From Promethearchaeota archaeon (lineage in GTDB: Archaea; Asgardarchaeota; Lokiarchaeia; Sigyniarchaeales; SOKP01), in assembly GCA_048939015.1 (NCBI GenBank), contig JBHLPW010000003.1, positions 67,628 to 131,627 on the forward strand: a DNA stretch of 64,000 bases, in the 5' to 3' direction. Positions 28,697-38,290 of this stretch are shown here, piece after piece. A model generated the notes under the pieces. It had not been told where the DNA came from, searched no databases, and saw only the letters and a list, made by a program, of their open reading frames with translations. The first letter of the stretch is position 1, and every line of letters begins with the position of its first letter. Both the position numbers and the translations under genes were made by a program.

Positions 28697-30187
28697 TTAT
28701 TCTTTTGGTGCTATTTTTAGTGTTCTGGAAAAAATCTTACCAAAGTCTTCAGTTGAAGCTTCAACTAATACATTTGCTTTAATAGGTTCGCCATCTGATC
28801 TATTCATGGGATATCCAATTTCTATTGTTTCATATGGAAATAATTCTCTTATAGTTGTTATCCATGGATTTTTCTCAAAAAGTTCTTCCACGGTGACAAT
28901 CCGTATTTTCAAATCTTCTAAAACATATCCTATAGTATTAGTCAGTGATATGTTAAGAATTTGTTCATCTTCATTTAAATCCTTATTCACGCTTAGAAAT
29001 TTTCTTGCTCCTAGAGTGGGTGCGCCTCCTGCTTGTTCTGTTTCTGGTCTAGTTTCAATTCTTGGTTCTTCTTTTTCTTCAGAATCACGCACAATAAAGA
29101 CTTTTCTTTTTTGTACGGTGTATTGAGAGACTTTTTTAAGCTTTGCTAAGAACAAAACTGCATTTAAATTAATAGTGTTAAAAGGTTCTATTTTTAAATA
29201 ACCCTTTTCAGCAGCATCTTCCATAATTTCAGCACCAATACCACTTCTAGCAAAGACAGTATTTTTATTTGCGCCAGAACCTACACTACCTACACTAATA
29301 TCGGCGTTTTCAGCAGTTAAATCTGTACAAAAATTGCAGCTTGATGATTTAAATTTATCTAATTGCTTAATAGTATAGGATTTTACAGGTTCACCTTGAG
29401 GATCATAATAAAGGTGAAATTTCCCTTTATTGATATCCATTTTTTGCACCTTTGATAGATCAATCCCCTCTTTTTCGAAGAAAGGATAAATAGCCTCAGG
29501 AGCAAATGAATCCATACAGAATAAACCAATCTTTAGAACATGACAACGCATAAAATACTTTAACATACCCATTGGGCTATCGAACATTTTTGAAACGGCA
29601 TCGATATTACATGGAGTTCCTACGAAGGCAATTGATCTAAAATCTTGGCGTACAGCATCCATTAAAGCCTCAACAGTTTGAGAATGACTATAAATAGAAC
29701 CCGAAGATTTAATAGCATCATCTTTACTTGTAATAATTTGAGCTACCGGATGCCAAGGATTGTTTGGATCTTTCATTGTAACAACGGCAGCATCGATTAA
29801 ATGCTCATCAAATAGATAGCATAGTAAACTTGTTACAGTTCCACCATCTTGACCCCCAATAACTTCAGGAATATTTGTATTTGCTACATAACCTGTTTTA
29901 AATTCTCCCATAAGTTGATAAGGGTCTGTTATAGTTCTTGGACACTGATTATAACAGATACCACAACCAGTACATTTACCAATAAGTTTAGGTTGCCCTG
30001 CTATATCATCCCATTCTAAGACAGGACAAACTGCGGCACATGTTCCGCATTCAGTGCAGATACCTGTGCGTACAATTTCCTTCATTAACATACCAAAAGA
30101 ATCTTTCTTTCCCTCCAACTTCTTCTGAATAAATTCAAAAGAGTATTCATATGGAGTTTCAGTTTGTTTTGGTTTATCTTCAGTCAT
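28697..30187 (-). CDS. FrhB/FdhB-family (F420-hydrogenase beta-like) protein with ferredoxin and extra C-terminal domain
   Basis: CTECGTCAAVCP, CTGCGICYNQCP, QDGGTVT, VGTPC, GLFCM, CNFCTD, ADISVGSVGS; about 120-aa C-terminal extension. Confidence 0.88.
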   Translation of the reverse strand: MTEDKPKQTETPYEYSFEFIQKKLEGKKDSFGMLMKEIVRTGICTECGTCAAVCPVLEWDDIAGQPKLIGKCTGCGICYNQCPRTITDPYQLMGEFKTGYVANTNIPEVIGGQDGGTVTSLLCYLFDEHLIDAAVVTMKDPNNPWHPVAQIITSKDDAIKSSGSIYSHSQTVEALMDAVRQDFRSIAFVGTPCNIDAVSKMFDSPMGMLKYFMRCHVLKIGLFCMDSFAPEAIYPFFEKEGIDLSKVQKMDINKGKFHLYYDPQGEPVKSYTIKQLDKFKSSSCNFCTDLTAENADISVGSVGSGANKNTVFARSGIGAEIMEDAAEKGYLKIEPFNTINLNAVLFLAKLKKVSQYTVQKRKVFIVRDSEEKEEPRIETRPETEQAGGAPTLGARKFLSVNKDLNEDEQILNISLTNTIGYVLEDLKIRIVTVEELFEKNPWITTIRELFPYETIEIGYPMNRSDGEPIKANVLVEASTEDFGKIFSRTLKIAPKE

Positions 30188-30511
30188 AATATTCTACTGA
30201 ACAGATTAATTGATTATATAATATTTGAAAGTGTCAATAAATAAAATAAGCTTTTTAAAAAAAACATTATTAAATTGAGTAAGTACTAAAGACCTCACTT
30301 TGAAAAAAAAGTCAAAATGGACATCTGTAGAACAATTAATCTATCAACCTAAGTTATCCAGAAATGCAATAGAAAGTAAAATGTCTATTATACCTAAATT
30401 TGATGTCTAATGTTTAAAAAGGCAATAAAAAAAAAACCTATTTAAACAACAATATCTAAATAAAAAATATTGATTTATTTAAACATAAACTAAATTAAGA
30501 GAAACATTCAA

Positions 30512-31249
30512 ATGTTATATCAAGATACGTTTAGTGTGATGCTTGATGGTGTATTATTCAATATTGTCCTTTTCCTCACAATCTTTTTAGCAGCTTTATT
30601 TATCTATAAAGGAATTAAAGGTGGTATTCTAAAAACATGTATTTTGATGGCTATCTATATGCTAACATTAGGTTCACCATGGTGGCCTAATATCATTAAT
30701 TTCTATAATACATTATTAGGTTATCCCACATTAACACCGTATTGGTATGTATTCTTCATTTACGCATTCATACCAATGGGAATTTGGTTATGGTTTTCGG
30801 TTTATTATACACAGTTGCATAAAAATAAATGGTTCTTGATTATCTTTTCCATCCTAGGATTATTATTCTATTTCGTAATTTTTGCATCCTTATGGAACAA
30901 TGAACTATTATTGGGATACATCCCAATGATTTTTAGTGCAATAGGGTTAACTGGAAATTTATATACAGGTAGTTATTCGTTTTATATTACTCAAAAAAGA
31001 GAAGATGAAAATAGAAATAATAAAAAAGTGCTATGGAAAACGCGATTTTTATCTTTAGCATTTTTATTGTATTCTTTAGCAGCGATTTATGGGGCAATTG
31101 GCCTTGTAGTAGAAATGCCATTTGGAACCATAGGAGTTTACGTGATGGTGATAATTTTATACATTTCTTTAATCTTCTTTTATTTTGGGTTCTTCATACC
31201 TGAACGAGTGGCTAAATTATTAATTAAAGGATATCAGGTAAATGAATAA
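30512..31249 (+). CDS. Seven-helix membrane protein
   Basis: About 7 hydrophobic segments, ends YFGFFIP. Confidence 0.75.
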   Translation: MLYQDTFSVMLDGVLFNIVLFLTIFLAALFIYKGIKGGILKTCILMAIYMLTLGSPWWPNIINFYNTLLGYPTLTPYWYVFFIYAFIPMGIWLWFSVYYTQLHKNKWFLIIFSILGLLFYFVIFASLWNNELLLGYIPMIFSAIGLTGNLYTGSYSFYITQKREDENRNNKKVLWKTRFLSLAFLLYSLAAIYGAIGLVVEMPFGTIGVYVMVIILYISLIFFYFGFFIPERVAKLLIKGYQVNE

Positions 31250-31294
31250 ATATTTTTTTTATTTTTTTTTTTAATATCAAGTTTTAATAAATAA

Positions 31295-31798
31295 TCAAAA
31301 AATCATAATTATCGGAGTTCCTATTATCATTGAAACCAGGTTTGCGATAATCGTGGTTATAATTATTTTAATATTTGATACTTGAGAATAATTTATTTTA
31401 TTGATCATATCTGGTAATAGAATTGATTCCAATAAAATTGCAATTATTTCATTTAATAAAATAAATAGCAGCAAATATGTACTAAAGAGTGTAGCAAAAA
31501 GAATCCCAAAAATCTGTACTATGGGAAAAGTTAAAGAATTTATATACAAAATTTTTTTCGATAAATTTTTTCTTGACATATTTTTTCCCTCTAAATCTTC
31601 TAGAAAAGCTATATAAAAAACAACAAGCTCTAATCCCAGTGTAATTATGAATGAAAGGAATATATATGGTAATAGCAATAGAAAAGTAAAAATATCACTT
31701 AATGGCTCTGCTGGGACGGGGTTGGCTTTTACTTCTGGAAATAATAGACATATTAAGAATATAAATAGGATTAAAGAAATTCGACAGTTGAATTTCAT
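31295..31798 (-). CDS. Membrane protein
   Basis: Signal-like segment ending VKA-NPVP, then about 4 TM. Confidence 0.65.
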   Translation of the reverse strand: MKFNCRISLILFIFLICLLFPEVKANPVPAEPLSDIFTFLLLLPYIFLSFIITLGLELVVFYIAFLEDLEGKNMSRKNLSKKILYINSLTFPIVQIFGILFATLFSTYLLLFILLNEIIAILLESILLPDMINKINYSQVSNIKIIITTIIANLVSMIIGTPIIMIF

Positions 31799-31869
31799 AC
31801 AAATTATATAATCAATACACCTTATATTTTTTGTTCTCAAAAAAATGAGGAAATCTAATATGTTAGATT

Positions 31870-33468
31870 TTAATTATTTTCTAATTCAAGTCTTTCCTCA
31901 ATTTTTTTTATTGCATTTGAAGCATGAATTCGTACTACTCGATGGAAATCATTCACTCTTTTAACCAAAGCATTAAGCACTTGTTCATCACCATAATTTT
32001 CTAATAATTTTATAATACTTAATTTAACTTTGTAGTTTTCACTTTCCTGTGTTCTCAAATGATCAGCAATAATTGTAATATATTTAATTAATGTCCTCGT
32101 AATTTCTTGCGTTTCATCTTTCACTTTATACCAATTTCTTTGAAATATATTGTTTACGGCATCTATAGCGACTTTTTTTAGAAGCCAATAAGAATTCTCA
32201 TCCTGTAAAATTTTGAGTATGTCTTCTAGAGGATCGATGCATCCAATTTTACCTAAAGCTATTAATGTATTCTTTCTTACATCTAAGTTCCTGACTTCAA
32301 GTAATTTACATAATGGTACGATAAATTGTTCCTTACCAATCTCACCAAGAATAAATGCTACACTTTCCCTGATAGTATTATTATCTTTTCTCAGAGAATC
32401 AAAGAGATAATCAAAGGAGGCATCATTATTAAAAAGATATATATTTTTTATAGCATCCAAAACATAGAGCTTCATATCTAAATCAGTATATTCAAAACTA
32501 ATGTCCTCAATATCTAAAACATTAATTAGCTCTGGGACTGCCGAGATATCTCCAATTTCTCCTAAAGCTTCAATCGCGGCTATGCTTACTTCATTATAGA
32601 TATTATCTAAGTTAGAAATCAGAAAATCTAAAGATTCCTTCAGTTTCAATTTTCCACATAAAACAATAGCATTCTTTTTTACAATGAAATCATCGATTAA
32701 TAATAATTTTACAATATCTTTTTCAACATTCTTTCCTAAGATTGATAAAATAGTTATCACAGCATCAACTAAACTAGAATCTTCTTCTTTCAAAATCTGG
32801 GTGATATTCTCCAGTAAAATATCTTTATATTTAATTAAATTTGTTAAGATTTCAGGATATTTCTTCTGAATAAACCCTATATCCTCAAAAGAAACATTTA
32901 TGCTTGATAATTCAAAACCAATTAATCTTAAAAACTCTAATTTATGTTCGTTAGAAAATCGTTTATTTTTTAATGAAATTAATAATAGATTTATTAATTT
33001 GTCTGGTTGTAAACTTAATAATTGAATTGAAACATATTCTTTGATTGATTTGATTTTTGTATCTAACTCATTTATAAAAAGATTTATCTCAGATTCCTCA
33101 AATCGAGTTTTATGTATCGCTTTTAATACAGCAATTTTAATGTTATAATCAAGTGATTCTTGGGTTAGTGCCCAATTTAAAGGTTTCAAAGCTTTTTCAT
33201 ATTTCAAATTGCCTAAGGCTTTTGCAGCTTCACATTTTATATCAGTTACATCATCTGAAATTAATAAATTTTCAAATATTTCAAAGCATTCATTTTTTAA
33301 AGGGATTGAATTATGACTAATCAATCCTAAATATTTAATTGCTTCTTTTCGCTTATTATTATCCTTTTCTGATTCTATGATTTCTGTTAACATACTCGCG
33401 GAATTTTTTAATCCAAATTCTTCACTTCTCTGATATATTTCACGAGGCTCAATTTTTGTTTTTAACAT
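31870..33468 (-). CDS. HEAT (PBS-lyase-type) repeat protein
   Basis: Repeated AAKALGNL, AAIEALGEIG, VAFILGEIG, LIALGKIG. Confidence 0.88.
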   Translation of the reverse strand: MLKTKIEPREIYQRSEEFGLKNSASMLTEIIESEKDNNKRKEAIKYLGLISHNSIPLKNECFEIFENLLISDDVTDIKCEAAKALGNLKYEKALKPLNWALTQESLDYNIKIAVLKAIHKTRFEESEINLFINELDTKIKSIKEYVSIQLLSLQPDKLINLLLISLKNKRFSNEHKLEFLRLIGFELSSINVSFEDIGFIQKKYPEILTNLIKYKDILLENITQILKEEDSSLVDAVITILSILGKNVEKDIVKLLLIDDFIVKKNAIVLCGKLKLKESLDFLISNLDNIYNEVSIAAIEALGEIGDISAVPELINVLDIEDISFEYTDLDMKLYVLDAIKNIYLFNNDASFDYLFDSLRKDNNTIRESVAFILGEIGKEQFIVPLCKLLEVRNLDVRKNTLIALGKIGCIDPLEDILKILQDENSYWLLKKVAIDAVNNIFQRNWYKVKDETQEITRTLIKYITIIADHLRTQESENYKVKLSIIKLLENYGDEQVLNALVKRVNDFHRVVRIHASNAIKKIEERLELENN

Positions 33469-33660
33469 TAATAATGCCTTGACACGGATGTCTATTAAAC
33501 AAATGCTTGAAATTCTAGTTAATTATCAAAGTAGATCACTTATTATAAAAACATTTCTCAAAATCACGCATATTATTAGAAAAGAATGTCCGAAAAGGAT
33601 TATTTAAACTATAATAGATGATCAAGACTGATAAATAATAGAGTTAAAAAAATATAGTAT

Positions 33661-34386
33661 ATGAAAATTATTATGACTATACGTAAATCTATAAATAGCG
33701 CAAGAGCGAAATTTTACAATATCGTAACTAATTACCATTTTATCAAGAAAAGCTCTATTATCGTAATTACAGTATATCTAACGCTTCTTTTAATTGCGGT
33801 GATGATAGCTACAATATGGGGGCCATATGGATATACAATTTGGACGCATATGATTTCAGATTTAGGAGGAAGTAGTTATACTCCGACACCATTTATCTTT
33901 GATATTGCATGCATTTTCGCTGGAATCATGACAATTCCATTAACTTTTTACGTTGAAAATTTATTCGCGCCTTTACCTTCAAGAAAAAATCTAAGAGAAA
34001 TACATTTTTCACGCTTGAGATTTAGATTGGGGAGCAATGCTTTTTTCTTTAGTTTAATGGGAAACTTAGCATATATTTTTGTAGGGATTTTTAGTGAAGA
34101 TCGTAACTATCCATTATTAGATTTCGCTAGCTTTCATGATGTTTTCTCATTTTTTTCATTCACAGGATTTGCATTAGGGGCATTCTTTATTGGATGGATC
34201 GTTCTACTTTATGATACTAAAATACCAAAACTATTTGGAATATATGGGATAATTGGGCCAGTAAGTATACTATTTGCTTTCTTGTATACAATGGAAGCAT
34301 TATGGGAATGGATTTTATTATTCTCAATTCTTCTCTGGATAATACCACTCGTATTTTTGATGCTACGAAAATCAGAATTAAAATAA
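33661..34386 (+). CDS. DUF998 / Frag1-DRAM-like membrane protein, paralog 1
   Basis: GYTIWTHMISDLG, VGIFSED, H, EW motifs; paralog of 35269. Confidence 0.75.
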   Translation: MKIIMTIRKSINSARAKFYNIVTNYHFIKKSSIIVITVYLTLLLIAVMIATIWGPYGYTIWTHMISDLGGSSYTPTPFIFDIACIFAGIMTIPLTFYVENLFAPLPSRKNLREIHFSRLRFRLGSNAFFFSLMGNLAYIFVGIFSEDRNYPLLDFASFHDVFSFFSFTGFALGAFFIGWIVLLYDTKIPKLFGIYGIIGPVSILFAFLYTMEALWEWILLFSILLWIIPLVFLMLRKSELK

Positions 34387-34526
34387 AACTAATTAAGTTA
34401 ATAAATCTATTTATTTTGGTAAAATTCAAGGAAGTATATCTATTCCAAAAAGTTTTAAAATAATTTTGCCTTAGCAAAACTAGGTCCAACTAAATAATTC
34501 TATATTAAAAGAAATAATGATATAAA

Positions 34527-35192
34527 ATGAAAGATTCAGGAAAAAAACTAATACTTTTTATATTTGTTTACCTCATTTATCAGAACATATTTTATATAAT
34601 TCTTGTACCAGAAATATACTCGAACCCTATTTTTGTGATATATTTACTAATGGCATATATGTTTACTCTAACAGATACTCTAATACGTTCCCTTCCAGAG
34701 GAGAAAAAAGCTTCAAAAATTTTTGATTTATTAATATTGAGTATGCTTTTATTAAATCCCTTCTTCCTAATAGGTGCTTTTATGGAGAATAAATTGCTTA
34801 TATCACAAATATTACCTCTTTGGGATAATATCATTATTAGTTATTTAGGATTCCTACTTTTTCTTACAGGTAGTTTGCTTATACTCGTAGCAAGAGCACA
34901 AATAGGGAGATTTGGAACTGCTGAATTAATTACAAAAGAGGATCATCAGTTAATGACTGAAGGTGTATATAATTATATAAGAAATCCTATGTATTCTGGG
35001 GGATTAATAGCTACCATTGGATTTTGTCTTGTTTTTAGATGTGTCATTACTCTTATTATTATGTTTACTTATACTTTCTTAATATATAGAATGCGTATAA
35101 ATGAAGAAGAAAGAATTTTATTAGAGAAGTTCGGTAAGGAATTTGAAGAGTACAAAAAGAGAACCAAAAAGTTAATTCCCTTTCTTTATTGA
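34527..35192 (+). CDS. Isoprenylcysteine carboxylmethyltransferase / PEMT-family membrane methyltransferase
   Basis: HQLMTEGVYNYIRNPMYSG, RINEEERILLEKFGKEFEEY...LIPFLY. Confidence 0.9.
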   Translation: MKDSGKKLILFIFVYLIYQNIFYIILVPEIYSNPIFVIYLLMAYMFTLTDTLIRSLPEEKKASKIFDLLILSMLLLNPFFLIGAFMENKLLISQILPLWDNIIISYLGFLLFLTGSLLILVARAQIGRFGTAELITKEDHQLMTEGVYNYIRNPMYSGGLIATIGFCLVFRCVITLIIMFTYTFLIYRMRINEEERILLEKFGKEFEEYKKRTKKLIPFLY

Positions 35193-35268
35193 AGATTTAC
35201 TAAATAAAATTACCTTTATATTCATTTAAATTAAATATGATCAATAAAATTGGAATATAACTAATATC

Positions 35269-35994
35269 ATGACAGTTCGAGAATCAATAAATAAAATTAG
35301 AGCAAAAATGTATAAATTCGCAACTAACTTTAAAGTTGTGAAAATAAGTGCAATAAGTGTGATGTTCGGATATATTTTATTACTTATAATTGGTGTAATC
35401 GTCGCAGCTTTACTTGATCCAGATGGATATACTATTTGGGACAATTGGATTTCTGATCTTGGATCATCCAATGATACACCAGCTCCATTTCTATATGACA
35501 TTGCCTGTATCATTGCAGGAGTTATGACTATTCCACTTACTTATTATATGGAAAATTTACTTGCTCCATTACCTAAAAAAAGTAAATTAGGAGAACAGCA
35601 TTATTCTCGTTTACGGTTTCGGTTAAGTAGTTTTGCCTTTTTATTTAGTATCATAGGAAACTTTGCTTATATAGGAGTTGGGATCTTTAGCGCTGATCGC
35701 AATTATGAATTTTTGTCTGTTTTAGGGCAAGGACCTCATGGAATAATGTCTTATCTTGCTTTTGGAGGTTTTACTTTTGGAGCTTTTTTTATGGGCTGGA
35801 TCATTGTACTCTACAACACGAAAATTCCAAAGCTATTAGGAGTCTATGGAATCTTTGGTCCCCTCATTGTTGCTATTTTAAATCTTATAGATAGTACACC
35901 GTTCTTAGAATGGATGTTACTCTTCTCAATACTAGCCTGGATTATTCCTCTTTCACTCATTGTGCTAATGAAGCAAGAGTTACAACCCAGATAA
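35269..35994 (+). CDS. DUF998-like membrane protein, paralog 2
   Basis: GYTIWDNWISDLG, VGIFSAD, LEW; collinear with 33661. Confidence 0.75.
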   Translation: MTVRESINKIRAKMYKFATNFKVVKISAISVMFGYILLLIIGVIVAALLDPDGYTIWDNWISDLGSSNDTPAPFLYDIACIIAGVMTIPLTYYMENLLAPLPKKSKLGEQHYSRLRFRLSSFAFLFSIIGNFAYIGVGIFSADRNYEFLSVLGQGPHGIMSYLAFGGFTFGAFFMGWIIVLYNTKIPKLLGVYGIFGPLIVAILNLIDSTPFLEWMLLFSILAWIIPLSLIVLMKQELQPR

Positions 35995-36120
35995 AATTAT
36001 AGAATAGAAAATTATATCCTTATTATTTTAAATAAAAACTCTAAAGATTAATATTTAGTACGGAATTTGATATATCTATAATTGACATTTATTTTTTTGA
36101 ATTAGTAGTGTTTTGTTGAT

Positions 36121-36693
36121 ATGAGTAAGAAAAACAGTGAAAAAATCGATGTTATTGCTGATGCCATTGAACAATCTATGAAAAAAGGACATATTAGTAC
36201 ATTAATACTTTTAGCCCTAGAAAAAGGACCCTCTCATGGATATAGCTTAATGCAAACAATAACGGATGATACTTATGGTGTGTGGAATCCTACTGCATCT
36301 TCTCTATATCCACATCTTTCATCGCTGACAGAAAAAGGCTTAATTGAGTTTACAACAGAGATGGAAGGTAAGAGAGAACGTAAGGTTTATGAAATTACAA
36401 ATAAAGGCAGAAGAACATTAAAAAAACTTCTGGAAAGACAACAAAATATGCGAAAATCATTACTTTCGATGATTATGTCTACAATAGGCCTTACAGATTT
36501 AAGTCTCCCTAATGATTTTGAAGATATGTTTGGTCCAGATTTAATTGATGATGCAAGTTTAATTGGAAAAACAAATGATGAAAAGCTTGAGATTCTTTCA
36601 AAAAGAAAACTTGTTATATCCAAAATTGTAAGCAAATTAGAAAATCTTGTTAATGAGATTGATCAGAGAATTGAAAGCTTAAAAGAAGGATAA
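36121..36693 (+). CDS. PadR-family transcription regulator
   Basis: ILLALEKGPSHGYSL, SLYPHLSSLTEKGLI, RKVYEITNKG. Confidence 0.92.
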   Translation: MSKKNSEKIDVIADAIEQSMKKGHISTLILLALEKGPSHGYSLMQTITDDTYGVWNPTASSLYPHLSSLTEKGLIEFTTEMEGKRERKVYEITNKGRRTLKKLLERQQNMRKSLLSMIMSTIGLTDLSLPNDFEDMFGPDLIDDASLIGKTNDEKLEILSKRKLVISKIVSKLENLVNEIDQRIESLKEG

Positions 36694-36821
36694 GAAGTTA
36701 ATCTTATTTAGACTTAAGTAATTTCTTGATTTTTTTATAAAATGCAACATCATATATTCGATTCAGAGAAGAGTCAGAATTTGGATATATAATGTTTTAC
36801 ATATACGAAGATTTATATATG

Positions 36822-36859
36822 GTAGATTCAGATATATATTATAGTAGATTCAGATATAT
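36822..36859. promoter_or_regulatory. 16-bp direct repeat, 22-bp period (candidate operator)
   Basis: GTAGATTCAGATATAT at 36822 and 36844, upstream of the SDR gene. Confidence 0.5.
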
Positions 36860-36920
36860 CTTAATATTAGATATCAGTGACTTTTAGAATATCAATAACT
36901 AAGGGTAGAGGTATTTAGTT

Positions 36921-37916
36921 TTGAAAGTTTTATTAACTGGAGCATTTGGTAATGTAGGATTGAGTACCTTAAAGGAAATGCTTAATAGAAATTATGATAT
37001 AAGAATATTTGATATTAAAAATAAAAGAAACAAAAGACTTGCGATTAAATATAAAAAAGATGTCGAAATCTTTTGGGGTGATTTAAGAAATTATAAGGAT
37101 GTTGAACACGCAATATCTAATATTGATGTTATTGTTCATGTAGCTGCGATTATTCCACCTCTTGCTGATAAAAAACCTAAGTTTGCAAAAGCAGTTAATG
37201 TTGGTGGAACTGAAAATATAGTTAAAGCCATGGAGAATCAACCTAAAAAACCTAAACTTATTTTTACTTCCTCAGTTGCGATATATGGAGATAGACTTGA
37301 AAATCCTTTAATTACGCCTGATGATACACCAAATCCAAATGACGACGATGAATATGCTAAACAAAAAATACAATGCGAGGAAATTATCAAGAATTCTTCC
37401 TTAGATTGGGCCATTTTTCGTTTAACTTATATTACATCCTTAAATAAACTGAAAATGGATCCATTAATGTTTGAAATGCCACTTAATACTTGTATCGAAA
37501 TCTGTGATACTAATGATGTTGGACTTGCGCTTGCTAATGCAGTAAAGAGTAAAAAGATTTGGGGAGAAGTGATGCATATTGCAGGTGGAGATAGATGTCG
37601 TATTTCATATCGAGAATATGTTAAGGAAATGCTAGACATTTTCGGTATACGGTTTGAAGATATACCTGAAATTGCTTTCAGGCAAGATCGGGGGTTTCAT
37701 TGTGGATTTATGACTACTGATAAAAGTCAAGCCTTACTGAATTATCAAAGGTATACTCTCGATGATTATTTCAATGCCGTAAGGAAAAAAGTAGCTTTTT
37801 CACGATTTTTTATGATGATGTTTAGACCAATTGCACAAAAATATCTACTAAATAAATCTCACTATTATAAAGAGTTTTTAAATAATGAACATCCTGGATC
37901 CCTAAAACTTGCTTAA
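36921..37916 (+). CDS. NAD-dependent epimerase/dehydratase (extended SDR)
   Basis: TGAFGNVG, HVAA, TSS, YAKQK. Confidence 0.9.
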   Translation: MKVLLTGAFGNVGLSTLKEMLNRNYDIRIFDIKNKRNKRLAIKYKKDVEIFWGDLRNYKDVEHAISNIDVIVHVAAIIPPLADKKPKFAKAVNVGGTENIVKAMENQPKKPKLIFTSSVAIYGDRLENPLITPDDTPNPNDDDEYAKQKIQCEEIIKNSSLDWAIFRLTYITSLNKLKMDPLMFEMPLNTCIEICDTNDVGLALANAVKSKKIWGEVMHIAGGDRCRISYREYVKEMLDIFGIRFEDIPEIAFRQDRGFHCGFMTTDKSQALLNYQRYTLDDYFNAVRKKVAFSRFFMMMFRPIAQKYLLNKSHYYKEFLNNEHPGSLKLA

Positions 37917-38290
37917 CAATATTAGATTTTATTTCTACTCCTTTTATTATTTTTAATTTACTACTTCTCGTTTTACCTTTATAATAATTTTTCAATAACT
38001 AGAATGTTAAATTTCGATCATATATCCAATATTTATTAACAATCTCAAAAACTAGAAGTTTTATTCTGGTATAAATAATTTAATATTTTGACCGTTCCAT
38101 AAAAAATTGATTAATTCGATAAACAGATAATCTTAAAAATATTGAAATTCAATAAACTATTAAAAAAAATATTTAATATTGATCGTGACAAAAAGATCTA
38201 TATTGGAATTTAAAAATCATCCAATATACATTTAAGAAATTTACTAATATACAATTTTGTAAAAGTACGAGGTGGATGTGTAAAAAGAGA

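Noticed and set aside
28284-29126. Plus-strand ORFs 28284-28496 and 28605-29126
   Set aside because: Antisense to the well-supported Rag-like and FrhB-like genes
34527-35192. ICMT acting on the neighbouring Rab-like GTPases
   Set aside because: None of the GTPases in the window ends in a CaaX/CC/CXC motif; the family is widespread in prokaryotes
38178-38200. TGATC/GATC motifs upstream of hdrA genes (also 60460-60500)
   Set aside because: Too short and inconsistently spaced to support a shared operator
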